From: Auanema rhodensis
Lineage: Eukaryota > Animalia > Nematoda
Assembly: GCA_964057225.1 (NCBI GenBank)
Contig: OZ059899.1
Location: 17,794,001-17,858,000 of the forward strand
Direction: 5' to 3'
Length of the DNA: 64,000 nucleotides
This document shows positions 1 to 10,000 of the stretch, in pieces (the first letter of the stretch is position 1; the number at the start of each line of letters is the position of its first letter). The notes under the pieces are model-generated. The model worked only from the letters and a program-made list of their open reading frames with translations. It did not search any database and was not told the origin of the DNA. Made by a program: the position numbers and the translations under genes.

Positions 1-3000
1 CAAAAATCATAAAGCTAACAAAGCAATATTCAAATCCATCATTACAAGAAACAATGAAATTCAATGCTTTTTAAAAAAAAAAAATAATTCACATGAGATT
101 CAAATGAATTTGTTGTAAGATGATGAAAAATCTCATAAAAATTGAAAACTAGCTAGAGCAGTAAACACAGGGCATGTAGTAGCAAAAATCATAAAGCTAA
201 CAAAGCAATATTCAAATCCAATATTACAAGGAACAATGATATTCAATGCTTTTCAAAACGAAAAAATATTTCATGTTAGATTCAATTGAATTTGTTGTAA
301 GATGATGAAAAATCTCATAAAAAGTGAAAACCAGCTAGAGCAGCAAACTGAAGCTATACAGTAGCAAAAATCATAAAGCTAACAAAGCAATATTCAAATC
401 CAATATTACAAGGAACAATGATATTCAATGCTTTTCAAAACGAAAAAATATTTCATGTTAGATTCAATAGAATTTGTTGTAAGATGATGAAAAATCTCAT
501 AAAAATTGAAAACCAGCTAGAGCAGCAAACTGAAGCTATGCATAAGCAAACATCTTAAAGCTAACAAAGCAATATTCAAATCCAATATTACAAGGAACAA
601 TGATATTCAATGCTTTTCAAAACGAAAAAATAATTCACATGAGATTCAAATGAATTTGTTGTAAGATGATGAAAAATCTCATAAAAATTGAAAACCAGCT
701 AGAGCAGCAAACTGAAGCTATGCATAAGCAAACATCTTAAAGCTAACAAAGCAATATTCAAATCCAATATTACAAGGAACAATGATATTCAATGCTTTTC
801 AAAACGAAAAAATATTTCATGTTAGATTCAATTGAATTTGTTGTAAGATGATGAAAAATCTCATAAAAAGTGAAAACCAGCTAGAGCAGCAAACTGAAGC
901 TATACAGTAGCAAAAATCATAAAGCTAACAAAGCAATATTCAAATCCAATATTACAAGGAACAATGATATTCAATGCTTTTCAAAACGAAAAAATATTTC
1001 ATGTTAGATTCAATAGAATTTGTTGTAAGATGATGAAAAATCTCATAAAAATTGAAAACCAGCTAGAGCAGTAAACACATGACATGTAGTAGCAAAAATC
1101 ATAAAACTAACAAAGCAATATTCAAATCCAATATTATAAGGAACAATGATATTCAATGCTTTTCAAAACGAAAAAATATTTCATGTTAGATTCAATAGAA
1201 TTTGTTGTAAGATGATGAAAAATCTCATAAAAATTGAAAACCAGCTAGAGCAGCAAACTGAAGCTATGCATAAGCAAACATCTTAAAGCTAACAAAGCAA
1301 TATTCAAATCCAATATTACAAGAAACAATGATATTCAATGCTTTTCAAAACGAAAAAATAATTCACATGAGATTCAAATGAATTTGTTGTAAGATGATGA
1401 AAAATCTCATAAAAATTGAAAACTAGCTAGAGCAGTAAACACAGGGCATGTAGTAGCAAAAATCTTAAAGCAAACAAAGCAATATTCAAATCCAATATTA
1501 CAAGAAACATAGAAATTCAATGCTTTTTAAAACGAAAAAATAGTTCATGTTAGATTCAAATGAATTTGTTGTAAGATGATGAAAAATCTCATAAAAATTG
1601 AAAACCAGCTAGAGCAGCAAACTGAAGCTATACAGTAGCAAAAATCATAAAGCTAACAAAGCAATATTCAAATCCAATATTACAAGGAACAATGATATTC
1701 AATGCTTTTCAAAACGAAAAAATATTTCTTGTTAGATTCAAATGAATTTGTTGTAAGATGATGAAAAATCTCATAAAAATTGAAAACCAGCTAGAGCAGC
1801 AAACTGAAGCTATACAGTAGCAAAAATCATAAAGCTAACAAAGCAATATTCAAATCCATCATTACAAGAAACAATGAAATTCAATGCTTTTTTAAAAAAA
1901 AAAATAATTCACATGAGATTCAAATGAATTTGTTGTAAGATGATGAAAAATCTCATAAAAATTGAAAACCAGCTAGAGCAGCAAACTGAAGCTATACAGT
2001 AGCAAAAATCATAAAGCTAACAAAGCAATATTCAAATCCAATATTACAAGGAACAATGATATTCAATGCTTTTCAAAACGAAAAAATATTTCATGTTAGA
2101 TTCAATTGAATTTGTTGTAAGATGATGAAAAATCTCATAAAAAGTGAAAACCAGCTAGAGCAGCAAACTGAAGCTATGCATAAGCAAACATCTTAAAGCT
2201 AACAAAGCAATATTCAAATCCAATATTACAAGGAACAATGATATTCAATGCTTTTCAAAACGAAAAAATATTTCATGTTAGATTCAATTGAATTTGTTGT
2301 AAGATGATGAAAAATCTCATAAAAAGTGAAAACCAGCTAGAGCAGCAAACTGCAGCTATACAGTAGCAAACATCTTAAAGCTAACAAAGCAATAATCAAA
2401 TCCAATATTACAAGGAACAATGATATTCAATGCTTTTCAAAACGAAAAAATAATTCATGTTAGATTCAATTGAATTTGTTGTAAGATGATGAAAAATCTC
2501 ATAAAAATTGAAAACCAGCTAGAGCAGCAAACTGAAGCTATACAGTAGCAAAAATCATAAAGCTAACAAAGCAATATTCAAATCCATCATTACAAGAAAC
2601 AATGAAATTCAATGCTTTTTTAAAAAAAAAAATAATTCACATGAGATTCAAATGAATTTGTTGTAAGATGATGAAAAATCTCATAAAAATTGAAAACTAG
2701 CTAGAGCAGTAAACACAGGGCATGTAGTAGCAAAAATCTTAAAGCAAACAAAGCAATATTCAAATCCAATATTACAAGAAACATAGAAATTCAATGCTTT
2801 TTAAAACGAAAAAATAGTTCATGTTAGATTCAAATGAATTTGTTGTAAGATGATGAAAAATCTCATAAAAATTGAAAACCAGCTAGAGCAGCAAACTGAA
2901 GCTATACAGTAGCAAAAATCATAAAGCTAACAAAGCAATATTCAAATCCAATATTACAAGGAACAATGATATTCAATGCTTTTCAAAACGAAAAAATATT

Positions 3001-6000
3001 TCATGTTAGATTCAATTGAATTTGTTGTAAGATGATGAAAAATCTCATAAAAAGTGAAAACCAGCTAGAGCAGCAAACTGAAGCTATGCATAAGCAAACA
3101 TCTTAAAGCTAACAAAGCAATATTCAAATCCAATATTACAAGGAACAATGATATTCAATGCTTTTCAAAACGAAAAAATAATTCATGTTAGATTCAATTG
3201 AATTTGTTGTAAGATGATGAAAAATCTCATAAAAATTGAAAACCAGCTAGAGCAGCAAACTGCAGCTATACAGTAGCAAACATCTTAAAGCTAACAAAGC
3301 AATAATCAAATCCAATATTACAAGGAACAATGATATTCAATGCTTTTCAAAACGAAAAAATAATTCATGTTAGATTCAATTGAATTTGTTGTAAGATGAT
3401 GAAAAATCTCATAAAAATTGAAAACCAGCTAGAGCAGTAAACACATGACATGTAGTAGCAAAAATCATAAAACTAACAAAGCAATATTCAAATCCAATAT
3501 TATAAGGAACAATGATATTCAATGCTTTTCAAAACGAAAAAATATTTCATGTTAGATTCAATAGAATTTGTTGTAAGATGATGAAAAATCTCATAAAAAT
3601 TGAAAACCAGCTAGAGCAGCAAACTGAAGCTATACAGTAGCAAAAATCATAAAGCTAACAAAGCAATATTCAAATCCATCATTACAAGAAACAATGAAAT
3701 TCAATGCTTTTTTAAAAAAAAAAATAATTCACATGAGATTCAAATGAATTTGTTGTAAGATGATGAAAAATCTCATAAAAATTGAAAACTAGCTAGAGCA
3801 GTAAACACAGGGCATGTAGTAGCAAAAATCATAAAGCTAACAAAGCAATATTCAAATCCAATATTACAAGGAACAATGATATTCAATGCTTTTCAAAACG
3901 AAAAAATATTTCATGTTAGATTCAATTGAATTTGTTGTAAGATGATGAAAAATCTCATAAAAATTGAAAACCAGCTAGAGCAGCAAACTGAAGCTATGCA
4001 TATGCAAACATCTTAAAGCTAACAAAGCAATATTCAAATCCAATATTATAAGGAACAATGATATTCAATGCTTTTCAAAACGAAAAAATAATTCATGTTA
4101 GATTCAATTGAATTTGTTGTAAGATGATGAAAAATCTCATAAAAATTGAAAACCAGCTAGAGCAGCAAACTGAAGCTAAACAGTAGCAAAAATCATAAAG
4201 CTAACAAAGCAATATTCAAATCCATCATTACAAGAAACAATGAAATTCAATGCTTTTTTAAAAAAAAAAATAATTCACATGAGATTCAAATGAATTTGTT
4301 GTAAGATGATGAAAAATCTCATAAAAATTGAAAACTAGCTAGAGCAGTAAACACAGGGCATGTAGTAGCAAAAATCTTAAAGCAAACAAAGCAATATTCA
4401 AATCCAATATTACAAGAAATAATGATATTCAATGCTTTTTAAAAAGCAAAAATAATTCATCTTAGATTCAATTGAATTTGTTGTGAGATTATGAAAAATC
4501 TAATAAAAAGTGAAAACCAGCTAGAGCAGCAAACTGAAGCTATGCATAAGCAAACATCTTAAAGCTAACAAAGCAATATTCAAATCCAATATTACAAGGA
4601 ACAATGATATTCAATGCTTTTCAAAACGAAAAAATAATTCATGTTAGATTCAATTGAATTTGTTGTCACAGGACGATTATTCTCATAAAAATTGAAAACT
4701 AGCTAGAGCAGTAAACACAGGGCATGTAGTAGCAAAAATCTTAAAGCAAACAAAGCAATATTCAAATCCAATATTACAAGAAACAATGATATTCACTAGT
4801 ATTTGAAACGAAAAAATAGTTCATGTTAGATTCAAATGAATTTGTTGTAAGATGATGAAAAATCTCATAAAAATTGAAAACCAGCTAGAGCAGCAAACTG
4901 AAGCTATACAGTAGCAAAAATCATAAAGCTAACAAAGCAATATTCAAATCCAATATTACAAGGAACAATGATATTCAATGCTTTTCAAAACGAAAAAATA
5001 TTTCATGTTAGATTCAATTGAATTTGTTGTAAGATGATGAAAAATCTCATAAAAATTGAAAACCAGCTAGAGCAGCAAACTGAAGCTATACAGTAGCAAA
5101 AATCATAAAACTAACGAAGCAATATTCAAATCCAATATTATAAGGAACAATGATATTCAATGCTTTTCAAAACGAAAAAATATTTCATGTTAGATTCAAT
5201 TGAATTTGTTGTAAGATGATGAAAAATCTCATAAAAATTGAAAACCAGCTAGAGCAGCAAACTGAAGCTATGCATAAGCAAACATCTTAAAGCTAACAAA
5301 GCAATATTCAAATCCAATATTACAAGGAACAATGATATTCAATGCTTTTCAAAACGAAAAAATATTTCATGTTAGATTCAATTGAATTTGTTGTAAGATG
5401 ATGAAAAATCTCATAAAAATTGAAAACCAGCTAGAGCAGCAAACTGAAGCTATACAGTAGCAAAAATCATAAAACTAACGAAGCAATATTCAAAACCATC
5501 ATTACAAGAAACAATGAAATTCAATGCTTTTTTAAAAAAAAAATAATTCACATGAGATTCAATTGAATTTGTTGTAAGATGATGAAAAATCTCATAAAAA
5601 GTGAAAACCAGCTAGAGCAGCAAACTGAAGCTATGCATAAGCAAACATCTTAAAGCTAACAAAGCAATATTCAAATCCAATATTACAAGGAACAATGATA
5701 TTCAATGCTTTTCAAAACGAAAAAATATTTCATGTTAGATTCAATTGAATTTGTTGTAAGATGATGAAAAATCTCATAAAAATTGAAAACCAGCTAGAGC
5801 AGCAAACTGAAGCTAAACAGTAGCAAAAATCATAAAGCTAACAAAGCAATATTCAAATCCATCATTACAAGAAACAATGAAATTCAATGCTTTTTTAAAA
5901 AAAAAAATAATTCACATGAGATTCAATTGAATTTGTTGTAAGATGATGAAAAATCTCATAAAAAGTGAAAACCAGCTAGAGCAGCAAACTGAAGCTATGC

Positions 6001-6033
6001 ATAAGCAAACATCTTAAAGCTAACAAAGCAATA
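1..6033. repeat. Satellite DNA array A, 182-bp monomer, 33 full copies plus 28 bp, truncated by the left window edge
   Basis: The motif caaa(a/c)atc(a/t)taaa recurs at 1, 183, 365, 547, 729, 911 ... 5461, 5642, 5824, 6006. The period is exactly 182 except for one 181-bp unit (A-run shortened near 5534-5543). It is strongly A-rich on the + strand, and the ORF track has nothing here. Confidence 0.98.
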
Positions 6034-6045
6034 GCTAGCGCAAAT
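6021..6045. other. Abrupt junction between the 182-bp and 351-bp satellites
   Basis: Sequence is taacaaagcaat-a-gctagcgcaaat. Array A would continue ttcaaatcc, and array B is normally preceded by catttttaa. Only the A at 6033 is shared, and there is no filler DNA. Confidence 0.95.
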
Positions 6046-6159
6046 CTGATAACACAGATCGACGCAGCTTAAAAATCCGCATCGAATGCACTATACTACA
6101 TTGAGAAACGCTTAATACAAAAATTAGTTATGATCGTTTGAAAAAAGATGCATTAGTGT

Positions 6160-6187
6160 ATGTTGAGTTTCCATGTACACTCAACAT
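6160..6187. other. Perfect inverted repeat (9-bp stem, 10-nt loop) present in each 351-bp monomer; first copy given
   Basis: atgttgagt-ttccatgtac-actcaacat; the arms are exact reverse complements. Confidence 0.9.
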
Positions 6188-6688
6188 TGCTTCCAAAAAC
6201 ATTTTGACAAAAATTTTTCCGAAAAATTTCAAAATAATTTCGCAAAAAGTAGATGTTTTTAGATTTCTTTTTTCAAGGCAAAGACGATGGACAAAGTTAT
6301 TCAACGAAAAAATTAATTCTGCAGGGTGAAAATCGAGGATATATGTGTGAACTTATATCAGTTGATATCTCGGTGCATTTTTAAGCTAGCGCAAATCTGA
6401 TAACACAGATCGACGCAGCTTAAAAATCCGCATCGAATGCACTATACTACATTGAGAAACGCTTAATACAAAACTTAGTTATGATCGTTTGAAAAATGAT
6501 GCATTAGCGTATGTTGAGTTTCCATGTACACTCAACATTGCTTCCAAAAACATTTTTACAAAAATTTTTCCGAAAAATTTCGAAATAATTTCGCAAAAAG
6601 TAGATGTTTTTAGATTCCTTTTTTCAAGGCAAAGACGATGGACATTGTTATTCAACGAAAAAATTGATTCTGCAGGGTGAAAATCGAG

Positions 6689-6710
6689 GATATAAGTGTG
6701 AACTTATATC
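6689..6710. other. Perfect inverted repeat (9-bp stem, 4-nt GTGA loop) in the 351-bp monomer; second-monomer copy given
   Basis: gatataagt-gtga-acttatatc; it overlaps a second dyad, atatca-gt-tgatat (6706-6719). Confidence 0.9.
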
Positions 6711-7086
6711 AGTTGATATCTCGGTGCATTTTTAAGCTAGCGCAAATCTGATAACACAGATCGACGCAGCTTAAAAATCCGCATCGAATGCACTATACTA
6801 CATTGAGAAACGCTTAATACAAAACTTAGTTATGATCGTTTGAAAAATGATGCATTAGTGTATGTTGAGTTTCCATGTACACTCAACATTGCTTCCAAAA
6901 ACATTTTTACAAAAATTTTTCCGAAAAATTTCGGAATAATTTCGCAAAAAGTAGATGTTTTTAGATTCCTTTTTTCAAGGCAAAGACGATGGACATTGTT
7001 ATTCAACGAAAAAATTGATTCTGCAGGGTGAAAATCGAGGATATAAGTGTGAACTTATATCAGTTGATATCTCGGTGCATTTTTAA

Positions 7087-10000
7087 GCTAGCGCAAATCT
7101 GATAACACAGATCGACGCAGCTTAAAAATCCGCATCGAATGCACTATACTACATTGAGAAACGCTTAATACAAAAATTAGTTATGATCGTTTGAAAAAAG
7201 ATGCATTAGTGTATGTTGAGTTTCCATGTACACTCAACATTGCTTCCAAAAACATTTTGACAAAAATTTTTCCGAAAAATTTCAAAATAATTTCGCAAAA
7301 AGTAGATGTTTTTAGATTTCTTTTTTCAAGGCAAAGACGATGGACAAAGTTATTCAACGAAAAAATTAATTCTGCAGGGTGAAAATCGAGGATATAAGTG
7401 TGAACTTATATCAGTTGATATCTCGGTGCATTTTTAAGCTAGCGCAAATCTGATAACACAGATCGACGCAGCTTAAAAATCCGCATCGAATGCACTATAC
7501 TACATTGAGAAACGCTTAATACAAAACTTAGTTATGATCGTTTGAAAAATGATGCATTAGTGTATGTTGAGTTTCCATGTACACTCAACATTGCTTCCAA
7601 AAACATTTTGACAAAAATTTTTCCGAAAAATTTCAAAATAATTTCGCAAAAAGTAGATGTTTTTAGATTTCTTTTTTCAAGGCAAAGACGATGGACAATG
7701 TTATTCAACGAAAAAATTAATTCTGCAGGGTGAAAATCGAGGATATAAGTGTGAACTTATATCAGTTGATATCTCGGTGCATTTTTAAGCTAGCGCAAAT
7801 CTGATAACACAGATCGACGCAGCTTAAAAATCCGCATCGAATGCACTATACTACATTGAGAAACGCTTAATACAAAAATTAGTTATGATCGTTTGAAAAA
7901 AGATGCATTAGTGTATGTTGAGTTTCCATGTACACTCAACATTGCTTCCAAAAACATTTTGACAAAAATTTTTCCGAAAAATTTCAAAATAATTTCGCAA
8001 AAAGTAGATGTTTTTAGATTTCTTTTTTCAAGGCAAAGACGATGGACAAAGTTATTCAACGAAAAAATTAATTCTGCAGGGTGAAAATCGAGGATATAAG
8101 TGTGAACTTATATCAGTTGATATCTCGGTGCATTTTTAAGCTAGCGCAAATCTGATAACACAGATCGACGCAGCTTAAAAATCCGCATCGAATGCACTAT
8201 ACTACATTGAGAAACGCTTAATACAAAACTTAGTTATGATCGTTTGAAAAATGATGCATTAGTGTATGTTGAGTTTCCATGTACACTCAACATTGCTTCC
8301 AAAAACATTTTGACAAAAATTTTTCCGAAAAATTTCAAAATAATTTCGCAAAAAGTAGATGTTTTTAGATTTCTTTTTTCAAGGCAAAGACGATGGACAA
8401 AGTTATTCAACGAAAAAATTAATTCTGCAGGGTGAAAATCGAGGATATAAGTGTGAACTTATATCAGTTGATATCTCGGTGCATTTTTAAGCTAGCGCAA
8501 ATCTGATAACACAGATCGACGCAGCTTAAAAATCCGCATCGAATGCACTATACTACATTGAGAAACGCTTAATACAAAAATTAGTTATGATCGTTTGAAA
8601 AAAGATGCATTAGTGTATGTTGAGTTTCCATGTACACTCAACATTGCTTCCAAAAACATTTTGACAAAAATTTTTCCGAAAAATTTCAAAATAATTTCGC
8701 AAAAAGTAGATGTTTTTAGATTTCTTTTTTCAAGGCAAAGACGATGGACAAAGTTATTCAACGAAAAAATTAATTCTGCAGGGTGAAAATCGAGGATATA
8801 AGTGTGAACTTATATCAGTTGATATCTCGGTGCATTTTTAAGCTAGCGCAAATCTGATAACACAGATCGACGCAGCTTAAAAATCCGCATCGAATGCACT
8901 ATACTACATTGAGAAACGCTTAATACAAAACTTAGTTATGATCGTTTGAAAAATGATGCATTAGTGTATGTTGAGTTTCCATGTACACTCAACATTGCTT
9001 CCAAAAACATTTTGACAAAAATTTTTCCGAAAAATTTCAAAATAATTTCGCAAAAAGTAGATGTTTTTAGATTTCTTTTTTCAAGGCAAAGACGATGGAC
9101 AATGTTATTCAACGAAAAAATTAATTCTGCAGGGTGAAAATCGAGGATATAAGTGTGAACTTATATCAGTTGATATCTCGGTGCATTTTTAAGCTAGCGC
9201 AAATCTGATAACACAGATCGACGCAGCTTAAAAATCCGCATCGAATGCACTATACTACATTGAGAAACGCTTAATACAAAAATTAGTTATGATCGTTTGA
9301 AAAATGATGCATTAGTGTATGTTGAGTTTCCATGTACACTCAACATTGCTTCCAAAAACATTTTTACAAAAATTTTTCCGAAAAATTTCGGAATAATTTC
9401 GCAAAAAGTAGATGTTTTTAGATTCCTTTTTTCAAGGCAAAGACGATGGACATTGTTATTCAACGAAAAAATTGATTCTGCAGGGTGAAAATCGAGGATA
9501 TAAGTGTGAACTTATATCAGTTGATATCTCGGTGCATTTTTAAGCTAGCGCAAATCTGATAACACAGATCGACGCAGCTTAAAAATCCGCATCGAATGCA
9601 CTATACAACATTGAGAAACGCGTAATACAAAAATTAGTTATGATCGTTTGAAAAATGATGCATTAGTGTATGTTGAGTTTCCATGTACACTCAACATTGC
9701 TTCCAAAAACATTTTGACAAAAATTTTTCCGAAAAATTTCGAAATAATTTCGCAAAAAGTAGATGTTTTCAGATTCCTTTTTTCAAGGCAAAGACGATGG
9801 ACATTGTTATTCAACGAAAAAATTGATTCTGCAGGGTGAAAATCGAGGATATAAGTGTGAACTTATATCAGTTGATATCTCGGTGCATTTTTAAGCTAGC
9901 GCAAATCTGATAACACAGATCGACGCAGCTTAAAAATCCGCATCGAATGCACTATACTACATTGAGAAACGCTTAATACAAAAATTAGTTATGATCGTTT

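Noticed and set aside
6030-6060. Helitron-like 3' end on the minus strand (hairpin followed by CTAG) at the junction
   Set aside because: The stem is only 5 bp, CTAG is followed by C rather than the host T, and no 5' TC terminus or RepHel sequence is visible.
6044-6112. Hammerhead ribozyme, as known from some transcribed satellites (ctgataa ... gaaa)
   Set aside because: The core is CUGAUAA rather than CUGANGA, and I could not form stems I-III on either strand. An Infernal/Rfam scan would settle it.
6238-6254. CENP-B box-like motif at tttcgcaaaaagtagat
   Set aside because: It has TTCG and the central A but lacks the essential CGGG.
6034-6384. 351-bp unit as a dimer of a ~175-bp subunit or a derivative of the 182-bp unit; assignment to a named satellite or species
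   Set aside because: I see no half-to-half similarity and no extended homology to the 182-bp unit by eye. I do not recognise either consensus, so a BLAST or Dfam/Repbase search is needed.
6370-6390. tcggtgcattttt resembles the 3' end of the SpCas9 tracrRNA/sgRNA (tcggtgctttt)
   Set aside because: The match is only about 7 nt, and the pairing arm gcaccga and the rest of the scaffold are missing. It is coincidental.
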